A stretch of DNA of 64,000 nucleotides, from assembly GCA_951406725.2 (NCBI GenBank), contig OX597821.1:25234001-25298000 (forward strand). The letters run 5' to 3'. Positions 12,924-26,369 of the stretch are shown one piece after another. Position numbers and translations under genes: made by a program. The DNA comes from Octopus vulgaris (taxonomy: Eukaryota). A model generated the notes under the pieces. It had not been told where the DNA came from. It ran no database searches and was given only the letters and a program-made list of their open reading frames with translations. The stretch's first letter is position 1; the number at the start of each line of letters is the position of its first letter.

Positions 12924-13123
12924 ATAACAACAGATACGATGCTGCAGTCACAAATAGAAATAAAAATATCTGTTCAATGACATATGAATCTGATAGTGAA
13001 CATTCAAATACCGGCAGTAATATCTACACCACCAACATTAGCCCTGCCTACTATAAAGAGATAACTACTTATGCAAACATTACTCCAGTTATAAAAGTCA
13101 AGGAATGTTGGTCATGGATTTAG
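12924..13123 (+). CDS. Candidate terminal coding exon of an unidentified plus-strand gene
   Basis: After ..aaacgcAG| a non-repetitive 66-codon frame (D)NNRYDAAVTNRNKNICSMTYESDSEHSNTGSNIYTTNISPAYYKEITTYANITPVIKVKECWSWI*. The polypyrimidine tract is weak and no upstream exon is confirmed. Confidence 0.3.
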
Positions 13124-13154
13124 GAACTTCACGAAAACACATGATAAGAAAAAT

Positions 13155-13350
13155 ATATTTCTTTATTGCCCACAAGGGGCTAAACATAGAGGGGACAAAC
13201 AAAAGGATCAAGTCGATTACATCGACCCCAGTGCGTAACTGGATGAAAGGCAAAGTTGACCTCGGCGGAATTTGAACTCAGAACGTAACGACAGACGAAA
13301 TATGGCTACGCATTTCGCCCGGCGTGCTAACGATTCTGCCAGCTCGCCGA
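13155..13350 (-). mobile_element. SINE family B with internal deletions
   Basis: Same head and tail as the 4818 copy, but lacks tacttaatttatcgaccccgaaa. Confidence 0.8.
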
Positions 13351-13562
13351 CGCCCTAGTAAATAAGGTAAAAGTAGAACGCTCTCGTGTCTTAAATGGAC
13401 CACCGACGTTTGGCGAAGAGAGTTCGGGTGTTCGATCAACTGAATTATCTACTCCTGAATTTACGCGATTGTCAATGAACTTTCCAGATACACGTGTGTT
13501 GACACGCATCGTTCAAGCAGAATCATCGTGAGATAGAACGTGAGAAAATTGTGCCTTTTGAA

Positions 13563-13970
13563 GGATCTTTTCGGTTTTTCTAGCGGTGTCATATGAAATT
13601 GTCACCCATAATTATGACCCTAGTATCGATCTATTGCATTTCAATCTGTTTTAGGGTTAGGGTTAGTTAGGGTTAGGGGTGGGGGGAAGGGTATCTTTTT
13701 TTTCTTCACAAATGTAAATAAACCCAATCTGTTTCTTAAACGAGGGACATATTCATACGGCACATAATGTTTTCACCTCAACAGACGTCACTGATTGGTT
13801 GAAATTACAGAAATTGAAGAAAAAAACAAACAGATATTTTACAAACTATAGAATTTTCTCAATAAAGCCAAGAGAAAAAGATGTTTTATAAACACATTCT
13901 ACCAGTATACGAAGTTTAGAATTTTTTTAGTTACGTGGAAATTATGTTAAAAACTGCCGTTCAAACCGAA
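13563..13970 (+). mobile_element. GGATC-TIR MITE (Merlin-like) with internal TTAGGG repeats and damaged ends
   Basis: ggatcttttcggttt...ttagggttagggttagttagggttagggg...aaaactgccgttcaaaccgaa. Confidence 0.8.
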
Positions 13971-14129
13971 GTCATACGCGCACGCACACGCACACGCACA
14001 CATGCACAAACACACACATACACACATACACCCCCCCCCAACGGGATTCCACTCAGTTTCCGTCTATCAAATTCACACAATACTCATTGGTGAGTTCGAG
14101 GCGGAGGTAAAGGATATGGACTGCACCTT

Positions 14130-14342
14130 ACTCTCTCTTTTACTCTTTTACTTGTTTCAGTCATTTGACTGCGGTCATGCTGGAGCACCGCCTTTAGTCG
14201 ACCCCGGGACTTATTCTTTGTAAGCCCAGTACTTATTCTATCGGTCTCTTTTGCCGAACCGCTAAGTGACGGGGACGTAAACACACCAGCATCGGTTGTC
14301 AAGCAATGCTAGGGGGACAAACACAGACACACAAACACACAA

Positions 14343-14429
<87 letters not shown>

Positions 14430-14567
14430 TACGACAGGCTTCTTTCAGTTTCCGTCTACCAAATCCACTCACAAGGCATTGGTCGGCCCGGGGCTATAGC
14501 AGAAGACACTTGCCCAAGATGCCACGCAGTGGGACTGAACCCGGAACCACACAGCCACTCCTGCGCC
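14130..14567 (-). mobile_element. SINE family A, full length with a small head deletion
   Basis: Matches the family A consensus; internal (CA)n(TA)n. Confidence 0.88.
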
Positions 14568-14597
14568 TTCTTTCGAGTTTTTCCTTTTTTTTCTAGA

Positions 14598-15069
14598 GAA
14601 ACCCACTTTTACAACTGCGGAGATTCCGAACCTGCAAAAGAAGAAAAATAAAAAGGCATTTCAAAACTTAAATTTTTTTTCTTTTTTGGTAATTCGTATT
14701 TAAAAAGTGGATCTTCAGCTTGGCTGTTGTTTCTAGCTTGTCGGACTTTCCGGTTGGAACGTACTGAAAAACTGAAGATTTTGAAAACACCGAAAGTTTT
14801 TTGTTTAGATAATTTTTATGCCTGCTATTTTCGTAGGAGGGGAGGGGTATTTATTTATTTTTTTTAAAATTGAAATTTTATCAATTTTTTTTTTGGGAAT
14901 CATAATCTCCGTATTTTTCTACGTATTTCGCCAAAACAATTTCTACAAAAGGCAAAAAATTGGGTGGAGTGAGATGGGGTAGGTTTAGAGAGGAATGAAA
15001 ATTTTGAAATGCCGATTTTTTTTTTTTTTTTGCAAATCCGGAATCTTCGCATTCGAAAAAGTGGGTTTT
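14598..15069. mobile_element. MITE-like element with imperfect TIRs of about 70 bp
   Basis: aaacccactttt..tgcggagattccg..tgcaaaa..aaaaaggcatttcaaaa is the reverse complement of ttttgaaatgccgatttt..tgcaaatccggaatcttcgca..aaaagtgggttt. Confidence 0.6.
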
Positions 15070-15490
15070 CATGTCCTTTACCGCCGCCCAGTTCCGAGCT
15101 ATTGTAGAAGACAATTGCTCAAGGTACCACGTTGTACGACTCCACCGGAATGCAACAAAGCCGCAAACCGTGTTTCCGAAACCATTTGGCCATGCCTGCA
15201 CTTGAAAGCATAGTAATACAAGAAAAAAAAAGAATTGGTTTCTCTAAAACAAAAGTGGTGCGTAACACTCAAAATCTTGAACACTATTTTAAAATCACCC
15301 TAAGAATGCCTTCAGTTTTACGTAAATTATATTCGGCAGAAGGTTATGAATGATCTCGAAGTTTCGTTCTGATCACGTGAGAAATCGCATCGTTACACAA
15401 GGGAAGTAACTCAGGTATTATTAGATACAGTTGTTTCCCTTACATAGTTAAATCAATGTTTTGTGACACACACACACACATGCACATGCG

Positions 15491-15523
<33 letters not shown>

Positions 15524-16394
15524 GTATTTACACACACAGGTGTGTATGCATGCATAAATGTGCTGAGTGTGACATTAAACTGCATCCGGTTCAGAAGTTC
15601 TGAAGTTGTGAGAAGCATAGAGTGAGAAGCATTAAGTACCATTATTCTTTGGCCCGTTCAAACACGGAACGGTGTTACCTGCTAAGACTCTACATAAATA
15701 AAAAAGAAAAAAAACTTGCTGTCAAAATAGCAGCATTGATCATGGAATGCTTGTCATTGGAATCTAGTATGGCAACTGATAGAGTAACAAAAATGTTATA
15801 CAGGCTTTTCTCAGTCAACTCCAATGACGAACAGATGTGTCATTCTTGTTTCATTTACGAGACGTCTATCATCTGACAAGATGACGCCACCACCACCATC
15901 ATCAGTATCCCTTACACTCACTTCCATATACCCCACCCCCTCCGACTACCCACATACCCCACCTCTAACCACACTCTCAGGCTAACACACACACCACTGC
16001 ACCTTATACCACCATACCACAAAACACATCACATCACAACACACGCACACATCAGCACTGACCACTTCCTAGACTAACATTTTCGTACACACACGTCCAG
16101 ATCACCAGCCCTCTTTCATACGTGCATATAAATTCTCTTATACACACGCACGCGCATCTTCGTTTCGGGATCACCACTTCTTTATTACCTCCCCTTCTCC
16201 CTAGCCCTCTTGTGTAACCCTTCTGTCCGACATTCACCATGGTAGATCACTAGCCACTACGCATTCTTCATTTTCTCTCCTTGTTTCTTTCTGTGTTCCT
16301 TTCTGTGGAAGAGCGTAGGCTTGTCTTCGTCTTTCGTTTTTTTGTGAATTCTCCCTATATATATATATATATATATATATAAAACTCTAGTTGT

Positions 16395-16449
<55 letters not shown>

Positions 16450-16557
16450 TATATATATATATATATATATTTATATGTATGTATGTATGTATGTATGTAT
16501 GCATGTATGCATGTATGTATGTATGTATGTATGTATGTATGTATGTATGTATGTATG

Positions 16558-16619
<62 letters not shown>

Positions 16620-16839
16620 ATTCATTAGATTGCGGCCATGATGGGGCACCGCGTGGAAGTCTTTTAGTCGAATGAATTGACCCCAAAACTTTTCTTAAGC
16701 CTGGCACTTATTCTATCATTCTCTTTTACCGAATTGCTGATTAAGGGAACGTAGACAAACCAACAGCGATTGTTCAGTGGTGGTGAGCGAACAACACCCG
16801 CATGCACACACGAACTCACACATACACACACAAGCACAC

Positions 16840-16883
<44 letters not shown>

Positions 16884-17044
16884 GGAGTGCGTGAATAATA
16901 TTTTCAGAAGTCAAACACGTATAGTGATAAACAAACGGACAGGGTGTACACACGAACAAACACAGGTCAGAAATTCCTTATCAGTTATCGGCCAGGGCGT
17001 CGAGCGCAATTTCATGCCATTATCGATAATATTTTCCCCAATTT

Positions 17045-17100
17045 GTCTCTGATGACGAAATATCCCATACTCGAGGATATCCCAGAAACAGCTGTAAGAT
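17045..17100 (+). ncRNA. Minimal type-I hammerhead ribozyme motif
   Basis: GUCU CUGAUGA cgaaAUAUCC cauacucga GGAUAU ccca GAAA CAGCUG UA AGAU. Same stem I/III as the 7436 motif with a different stem II. Confidence 0.72.
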
Positions 17101-17339
17101 TTTGAAATTTTTCCTGTAATAATATTGTATGTGACTTGAGATGTTTGCCTTGCCTTAATGTTTGATGTCCTGTTTAACAATTATATATTCATGTTGTTCA
17201 TATTTACTTAACCGAAAATGAATACCAACCGACTACGCGTGTGCAAAGTGCATTCCAAAGGTTTTGGGACTATTTTAGGAGAAATATTCACTCTTAATGC
17301 AACATGAATACTTCAATAACTTAATTTGCCATTACTATC

Positions 17340-17758
17340 TCTCTTTACTCTTTTACTCTTTTACTTGTTTCAGTCATTTGACTGCAGCCATGCTGGAGCA
17401 CCGCCTTTTTTTTAGTCGAACAAATCGACCCCGGGACTTATTCTTTGTAAGCCCAGTACTTATTCTATCGGTCTCTTTTGCCGAACCGCTAAGTGACGGG
17501 GACGTAAACATACAAGCATCGGTTGTCAAGCAATGCTAGGGGGACAAACACAGACACACAAACACACACACATACATATATATGTATACATATATACGAC
17601 AGGCTTCTTTCAGTTTCCGTCTACCAAATCTACTCACAAGGCATTGGTCGGCCCGGGGCTATAGCAGAAGACACTTGCCCAAGATGCCACGCAGTAGGAC
17701 TGAACCCGGAACCATGTGGTTGGTTAGCAAGCTACTTACCACACAGCCACTCCTGCGC
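17340..17758 (-). mobile_element. SINE family A, full length
   Basis: Matches the family A consensus; lies just upstream of, or inside the 5' region of, the mariner relic. Confidence 0.88.
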
Positions 17759-17859
17759 GCCAATTTGTTTTTTCACATTGAAAGAGACGGTTATAACAGC
17801 ACTCTGAGCATACCCTACAAAACACTACTTGTTACAGCTGACGAGTTTGCGGAATGCAG

Positions 17860-18655
17860 CCATGGCCTTGGAGACAATTTGGAAACTTGCCATGCAATAA
17901 AGTTATATGTTAACCTTGGCAAAGACGCTACAGAATTTTATGAAATGCTCCAGATTGCTTATGAATTAATTTGTGTGAGCCGAGCATCTGTTTTCTGCTA
18001 GACAAGCGGTTCAAGGGTGGTAGAGAGAAGGCGAGAGAAGTGTTGGTAAGAGAGGGACGTCAGAACATCATAGCTGCTTCAGAAAATTCGCAATTTTCTG
18101 GATGAGACCGCCTTGTGTCTATAATGACAATAAGCATATAGTTTCGAGTTGATGTGACAACTGTACACAGAATTATTCATGCTCAAGATTTATCCAAAGT
18201 TTGTTCTTAGGATACTCAATGACGAACAGAGATGACAGTAGGGAGATGGCTGAGCTCATTACCTCAAGTCCAAGAGTACTTGAGTCTTTGGTGATCTGTG
18301 ATGAAAGCTGGATCTATTGTTATGATCCAGAGACCAAGAGACAGGGTGCCCAATGGAAGGCAGAGCAAGCCCACGGTAAGTTCATGATGATTCCCTTTTT
18401 CAACAGCAAGGGCATCATCTGCATCTACTGGGTTTCCTCTGACCTGATGGTCAACAAATACTTTGTGAATTTTTTTTAGAGAGTTCAGGAAGAGATTTCG
18501 TTGCAAAATACCAGAGCCTCTCCACTCGGGTTGGTGGCCCCTGTATCAGGACAATGTACCAGTTCACAATTCCATCCTGGTAACAAATTACTTAACAGAG
18601 ATGGACATCAAAAAGCATCCCTCACCCTCCCTGCAGTCCAGACTTTGCCTCCCAG
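17860..18655 (+). pseudogene. Decayed mariner transposase
   Basis: AIKLYVNLGKDATEFYEMLQIAY..VSRASVF (HTH), VICDESWIYCYDPETKRQ..QWK, KFMMIPFFNSKGII, QDNVPVH, PHPPCSPDFA. Multiple stops and frameshifts. Confidence 0.88.
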
Positions 18656-18974
18656 CAAATTTGTCTTTAGGTGGTTTACATTGGTGAACAGTGGCCGAAT
18701 AAAAAGGTCTGCTTTGGGTAAGTCTCGGCAGATTAGAGGACAATTGGGAAAGGGGTCTTATCTTAGTGGCCATGGGTGATCTTGAAGAACAAGGATTTCT
18801 ACAAGTAGTCTCCGAAGGTATCCTTCCTTTTGAGGAAGTTTCCTTACAATATTTTGTTTCTTTAGTTTTTGCTATTTCACTTGTTTACGCTTTTCTTTAA
18901 TAAAATCGCTCGCATATTATCGTACTGGCCTTGAACTTTTTTCTTTTGTTGATCTTTGTGGATAGTAAATAAAA

Positions 18975-19036
<62 letters not shown>

Positions 19037-19136
19037 TGTATTAACCTAGTGTATATATATATATATATATACATATATATATACATACCTGTAAAATAAT
19101 ATGTGACAATTATTCAATAGCCAAGATAAAACTTGG

Positions 19137-19184
<48 letters not shown>

Positions 19185-19301
19185 CAAAATTATTGACTAA
19201 TTGTCACATATTAATTTACAGATAAATTTCCTCTATTTACATAATATTGAGGTATCTTTCTTTCTTTTGTTATCTTACCGTTTTTACCAATATATATATA
19301 T

Positions 19302-19498
19302 AAAGTTAATCCAAACAAGAAAACACAGAAAAAAAGAGAAAAAAAAGAGAAAAAAACACAGCAACGCAGGACGTGGAACAATTAAAGTATTATTGACGCT
19401 CAGGAAAGAAGGGAAGGAGGGTTTAACGTTTCGATCGGAGCTCTTCGTCGGAAACAAGGAGAAGGAAAGATCCCAAGGAGGGAAGACAGAGGAGAAAT
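19302..19498 (-). mobile_element. About 200-bp (TA)n-anchored element with a hammerhead motif at 19421-19455
   Basis: GUUU CCGACGA agagcuccgauc GAAA CGUU AAAC. Homologs at 55406 and 57322. The 3' end ..ggattaact(tt) abuts (TA)n. Confidence 0.75.
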
Positions 19499-19824
19499 TA
19501 TTTGAGCTGGTGGTGCGTGTATGTATGCGTAGAGTGTGGGTGTGTGGCGAGTAACTGTTTAACCTAGTACATGTGTGCTTGTGCGTGCGTGTGTGTGTGT
19601 AGGGATGTATATGGTTTTATAATGCAAGAGAGTTCCCCAAAAAAGGAATGCCTCTGTATGTGTGTGTGTATGTGTGCAAGATGACAAGTGTGTTTGTGCG
19701 TGCGTGTTTGTGTGTGTGTATTTTTGGTGAATAGAGTCAATGACAAAGCAAGCTGTCATGATGACTACTAGCTGTTTGTGTCAAGCCAGGTCAAAGCCGG
19801 GTCAAAAAAACAAAGAGCTATATG

Positions 19825-20730
19825 TATCATGTGTGTGTGTTGTTTGTAGTGTGTGTGTGTGTGCATGTGTGTGTTCGTGTATGTATGCGTAGAGTGTGGG
19901 TGTGTGGCGAGTAACTGTTTAACCTAGTACATGTGTGCTTGTGCGTGCGTGTGTGTGTGTAGGGATGTATATGTGGGTTCATTTGTGTGTATGTATGTAT
20001 GTATGTACGTGTATGTATGTGTGTGTGTATGTATGTATGTATGTATGTATGTATGTGTGTATGTGTGTGTGTGTATGTGTGTATATTGTGTATGTATATC
20101 TGTCGGTGTGTATGTGAGTTTGTGTGTGTTTGTACGTGTGTATGTGTGTGTGAGTGTATAGTATATATATATGTAAATGTGTGTGTATGTGCGTGTGTGT
20201 GTACGTGCGTGCGAGTGAATGTATGTATATATGTGTGCGTGTGTGTACAATGTAGGGGCTTATATGTGTGTTTATATGTATGTGTGTATGTATGTGTGTA
20301 TGTGTGTGTGTATGTGTGTGTGTATGTATGTATGTATGTATGTGTATGCGTGTGTGTATGTATGTATGTGTGTATGTATGTGTGTATGTGTGTATGTATG
20401 TGTGTGTGTATGTATGTGTGTATGTGTGTGTGTATGTATGTATGTATGTATGTATGTATGTATGTATGTATGTATGTATGTATGTGTGTGTGTATGTATG
20501 TGTGTGTGTATGTATGTATGTACGTACGTATGTATGTATGTGTGTGTGTATGTGTGTAAGTGTGTGTGTATGTATGTATGTATGTATGTATGTGTGTATG
20601 TGTGTGTGTATGTGTATGTGTATGTATGTATATGTACGCGTGTGTGTATGTATGTATGTGTGTATAGTATGTGTGTGTGTGTGTATGTATGTATGTGTGC
20701 ATGCGTGTATGTGTGCATATATATAGATAT
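19825..20730. repeat. Compound (TG)n/(TATG)n microsatellite
   Basis: Directly visible; it generates the His/Thr-rich and Val/Cys-rich pseudo-ORFs. Confidence 0.95.
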
Positions 20731-21647
20731 ATAAGGCCAACGAAGGTACGGACGTCGCTATATATAAATATGTAGAAAAATACAAACTGGGACAAGAACG
20801 TAAAACATTTAGAAGACGATACAAAAGACCGTAATCCAACTTTGCGCATGCGCGCTGAAAACTTCCAAAATAGCGTCACTACAACCACTTGACCACTTCA
20901 CCTAATAGCAATAACAAGCAACTCTGCCCACCATCACTGCGCTTCACTGACCCACCATCACCGAACTTCACTGACATTACAAACCAACCAACTAACCAAC
21001 CAACCAACAAGCAAACAAAAAAAAAAACAAACAAAAAAAAACAGACAAATAAATAAATAAAGACATGGGCATATAAGAATGTCAACAATATAGCTTAAGA
21101 TGAATATTTAAGGGAAGGCATTCTGCATACTAAATACAAAGAGGGTATGTAATATAGTAAACCGAAAAACAGGAACAAACTGAAATAATAATTATCCAAA
21201 GAAAACCGAAAAACAGGAACAAACTGAAATAATAATTATCCAAAGAACTAATAAAAAAGAGGTTCCTTAAACGGGGTGGTTAAAATAAAGAAGGGACATA
21301 ACTCTAATATGATGCCCTTTGCTTTCACTAGTTGTCAACGTTGTCTATTATTGTCCAAAACTTTCGGTCAGCTGAGTGTATTGTAATCATCTCCCTTGTT
21401 CTTTCCAAGAAACGGTCATCCCTGACCGCTTTGGCTATCACCACCACCACAATCATCACCGTCGCTTCCGCGTCTATCACAACTACAGCTCATACTATTA
21501 CTATCATCCCATTACTATTACAACCGTCAATCTACAACTGCCCTCACCTACTCTCACCCCAACATGAGGAATAGTAAAAGTGTCATTGAATAGTGAGAGA
21601 GGGGGGACAAAGCGTGACACACTGACCCACAGAAATTCGTTATGGTA

Positions 21648-21690
<43 letters not shown>

Positions 21691-22422
21691 TATACCTCAC
21701 TGTTCTGTCTTTCTCTTTTCTTGCCTCTGATTCTTTGGTCTCCTCTTCTCCCACTCTCTCACATTTCTCTATCTTTCTCACTTTGCACCATTGATTCTGT
21801 TGCCAAGCCAATCTTTGGCGCGCTCTGTTTCTTCCCCCTCTTTAATTCCATCTTTCTCACCCCCCCCCCCCCCTGGAACCTTTGTCCCTCTTTTTCTCTC
21901 TCTCTTTGATTCCTTTGCCCCCTGTTTTTTTTTCTCTCTCTCTTCTTCTCTACTCTCACGTGACCTGCTGGTCAACTAGCCTTTCCGCCGTTGACCGCTG
22001 CTGTGACAACACGGTTTTTTCTTCGTCTGCCGCAAAGGCATTTATTTCAAAACACGCCAACTAAGATAAGTTAAATTGTCTAAAGTCGTAAGACACCCGC
22101 TGTTTTTGTCCTGTTATTACCATTCTTGTTTTTAATTTTCTTCTTGTTTTTTTGTATTTATATTCGTGTGGCATCGTCCGTTTTTCTGTCCTTGTTTCGT
22201 ATACATTCGATCCTTTTTCCAAGAAATCTAATGCTCGCAGCTTAGTTTTTCCTTGGGGTTGGCCGGATCGGAGCGATATCAGGATTAATCAGCCGAAATT
22301 TGCTAGGATGATCCGGTTCCTGACTGAAGATTAGAGGCTTCGAATGACCCGTCCGTTTTTTGTGTCGTCTTTTTGTGTATTTTGCGTTCTTGTCCCATTT
22401 TGTATTTTTATATATAATTTTT

Positions 22423-22493
<71 letters not shown>

Positions 22494-22496
<3 letters not shown>

Positions 22497-22630
22497 CGGA
22501 CTTCTATCAGTTTCCGTCGACGAAATCTATTCACAAGGCTTTGGTCGATCCGGGGCTGTAGAAGAAGACATTTTCCCAAGATGCCATATAGCGGCACTGA
22601 GCCCAAGAAAAAAGTCTTAATCACACAACC
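22494..22630 (-). mobile_element. SINE family A 5' fragment, diverged
   Basis: cagtttccgtc..tcacaaggctttggtcg..gaagaca..cccaagatgcca. Confidence 0.65.
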
Positions 22631-23070
22631 ATTGGCCTAAGGAGAAAACAAAAATCATTATTTTATTGACTAAGTCGAGTAAAGACAAGCAAGTGAGGCA
22701 GTATTAGATACGGGATGGTCGCGAGTGGAACGCCTTCGATCACGTGTCTGCTCGATTAGAGTTTCTGTTTGAAGCCACATCGCAAGACTTCCTCTTTAAT
22801 TGAAAGCAGTTGCCAAGACAACGAATGTATGAAAATAACGTCACCCAGTCTCATCTGCTTGCAATAAACGACTGTGTGTATGTATGTGTTCGTGTATGTG
22901 TGTTCGAGTGTGTGTGTATGTGCGTGTTTGTGTGTGTGTGTCTGTGTACGCGTGTGTATATATGTATGTATATATGTGTTGGAGGGGGGAATGCGTATAT
23001 CTATATGTGCGTATACACCCACAAGTATGTATGTATGTATGTATGTATGTATGTATGTATGTATGTGTGC

Positions 23071-23190
<120 letters not shown>

Positions 23191-23323
23191 CATACATACC
23201 TATGCATACATGACCCCACACAGACATACATATTTGTATGTGAGTGTATGTGTGCGTGTGTGTGTGTATATCTGTCTGTGTTTGTCTACATGTATGCATA
23301 TATATATGTATGTGTGTGTATAC

Positions 23324-23354
<31 letters not shown>

Positions 23355-23764
23355 TATATATACACATGCATATACACGGATACATATATACACATACATA
23401 TTCACAGATACATATACACTAGCATACTTGTAGAACACACACACACACACGTTTACATATATACCTACATTCCTGTACGCATGCCCTACAATGATAACAA
23501 CATATCGCCACTCTAGCGACATCAAATACCATTTTCCTCCCGTACCTCATATGATCGGACACGTTTTTTAGATGACGACGTTAACGTGTATGAGAGAGAG
23601 AGAGAAAGAGGGGTGTACAGAAATAGGGAGAGAAGGAGAAAGTGAAAGAGGGAGAAAGGTAGAGAGAAAGAAAGAGAGAGGGTGAGGCGGATATGGTCTT
23701 CCGTATTAAAAAGATATGAAACGTAATTTTGTAGGAGGATAATGTTTACTTACGTAAGCGAATG

Positions 23765-23902
<138 letters not shown>

Positions 23903-24389
23903 ATGGACACATAGATACACGTAAAAATAGTAAGGGTACCACTTCTTATGGTAGATAGATAAATAGTTCTTTATATAAATAAGGCACCGATGTCACACAG
24001 TGCACATCGTCTGCAGATTGCGTTTGTGTGTTTTGTTGAAATTAAAACGTTGTTGCTAATGTAGTGGTAAGTTGTTGCTATGGAACAACCTTGTTTCAAG
24101 CTCGACTAGAGTATTAAAAAACTCTGTTAAGGTTACAAAATATTGTGTTGGTTAATAATCGTTGGAGCAAGATGCATACTGCGTGTGTGTGAACATGCTC
24201 CGCTCAGCTTGAGCGCACCAATGTTGGTGTATTTTTGTTGTTGAAATCCTCACTGCTGTCACGTGACGTGACTTTATAATGCTAATTAGTTAATGTCGAA
24301 CAACATATCTTAAAGAAGGCTAACACATTACACACATACGCACACACATACACATACATATACCCACACGCATACATACACACACACAC

Positions 24390-24550
24390 AATCTTGGGTG
24401 TGTGGTTAAGAAGTTCAGTTAACAACCACCTTTTTTCGGGTTCATCTTCCATTGCGTGGTACCTTGGGCAAGTATCTTCTACTATAATTCCGGGCCGACC
24501 AATGCCTTGTGAGAGAATATGGTAAACGGAAATTGTGTGGAAGCCCGTCA
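24390..24550 (+). mobile_element. SINE family A 5' fragment, diverged, plus orientation
   Basis: gtgtggttaagaag..gcgtggtaccttgggcaagtatcttctactata..gaagcccgtc. Confidence 0.65.
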
Positions 24551-24611
24551 TGTATATTTGTACATGTACAGATGACTTGAGTTTTAACGTGTTCCACGGA
24601 ACAGAGAGCTT

Positions 24612-25056
24612 GGATCTTTTCGGTTTGAACGGCAGTTTTTTCTAGTGGCGTCATAAGAAATTGTCACCCATAATTATGACCCTAGAATCGATCTATTGCA
24701 TTTCAATCTGTTTTAGGGTTAGGATTAGTTAGGGTTAGGATTAGTTAGAGTTAGGGGTGGGGGGAAGGGTATCTTTTTTTTCTTCACAAATGTAAATAAA
24801 CACAATCTGTTTCTTAAACGAGGGACATATTCATACGGCACAGAATGTTTTTTTTTACCTCAATAGACGCCAGTGATTGGTTGAAAATACAGAAATTGAA
24901 GAAAAAACAACATATATCTTACAAACTATAGAATTTTCTCAATAAAGCCAAGAGAAAAAATATGTTTTATAAACACATTCTACCAGTATACGAAATTAAA
25001 ATTATTTTAGTTACCTAGAAAGTATGTTAAAACTGCCGTTCAAACCGAAAAGATCC
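24612..25056 (+). mobile_element. GGATC-TIR MITE (Merlin-like), complete, with 8-bp TSD GAGAGCTT
   Basis: TIR GGATCTTTTCGGTTTGAACGGCAGTTTT at both ends. gagagctt at 24604-24611 and 25057-25064. Confidence 0.92.
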
Positions 25057-25265
25057 GAGAGCTTTAGTCGGACGATAGTGACCTACCAGTTGATAGTTAT
25101 ATTTTTTTATTCTTTGTCTACGGTGGCTGAACGACGAGGAAAATAATAGTATTATTGTTTTACTTTCATTTTATGTGCATTATGAATACTAGCGGTGAAA
25201 AAATAGATAATTTAGTTTGCTTTATGTGTGGGAATTGCTATTTATTTTTGTTTATCAATCATCAA

Positions 25266-25655
25266 TCGTTATATATAAAGCTGAAGTTGTCTGTGTATGG
25301 CAGGTTTGGTAACCTTCAACTAACCCTATCTCCTCCGAGACCCTGCGGCGCAAGTTGACCAAAATTGAGAGTATGATAGAAGAAGGCTTGCTCTTCATTC
25401 CGTAGAAGATAAAATTCAAATCGGACAATGTTAAGACCAAAACTTATTTACATCAAAAAGGTGCTTTTTTTCTCTGAAAATTCCGATTTTTTACGAGTTT
25501 TTGACTGCTGTATCGCCATTTTTCGGTGTATTTCAACCAGAAAAATGTTCACTTAAAGAGAATAACAAGCTACATAATGCGAAATTTTTACTTTTCAAAA
25601 ATTCCAATTCTAAAGGGTCGAAACAAGTCCGAACAACGCCGGGCGATACTGCTAG
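25266..25655 (+). mobile_element. Non-autonomous Helitron
   Basis: A|TCGTTATATATAAAG...tccgaacaacgccgggcgatactgCTAG|T. Ends are shared with the 35593 copy. Confidence 0.78.
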
Positions 25656-25664
25656 TTTAAGCTA

Positions 25665-25812
25665 AAATTAGGTCTTTAGTGGAGCGTTCTCGTCACATCT
25701 GGGATGGCGCTGCTTGCATACTCAGACATCCTAGATCGCAGCCAAAGAAAGTTCACTCGAATGATAAACATAAAATCACTCATAGAAAGCTCCAGCCCTC
25801 TGACTTGTAGAA
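25665..25812 (+). pseudogene. Old CR1/L2-like LINE RT-thumb fragment
   Basis: Translates, with frameshifts, as RSLVE..HIWDGA..DILDRSQRKFTRMI..PLTCR. Confidence 0.5.
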
Positions 25813-26322
25813 ATTCTATCTCCTCTCTGTCTCTCTTTCTTTCTCTCTTGCTCTCCTTCTTTCCTTCTTTCTGTCTTTCTTTCTTCTTTTCTGTCATACT
25901 TTTTCTTTCTCTCACTTTCCATTGCACAAACACTTTTACCATCCCCTTTCCGCAACGTGGGCAGAATTTTTACACCTCAGAAATTTAACGTTAGCTACTT
26001 AATATAATAGATATAAATTAAGGTTTTTAGAAAATTTATACAAAATCTTGACCATATCGAAAGAAAAAACTGTGATTAATAATTTTGTAATACTGACAAA
26101 TAGGATTGCTATAACAAGGTAAGCAATAGTCTTTCTTCTGATTTTCTTTTCCTTAAAAAAAAAAAATTGAAACATAAATTCAATTGGCAGAGACGTTGAA
26201 GCTTCGAATTGACTGCTTAGCGATAATTGGTTTGGTTCTCTTCTCTTTGGATTCAAATCTTGTCGAGGTTAACTTTGCCTTTCGTTCTTTCGGTATCACT
26301 AAATAATGTACCAATGGGATTG

Positions 26323-26369
<47 letters not shown>

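Noticed and set aside
19827-20888. His/Thr-rich and Val/Cys-rich ORFs here and at 22810-23525, 42123-43010, 49606-50167 and 62674-63214
   Set aside because: Artefacts of (CA)n/(TA)n/(TATG)n microsatellites.
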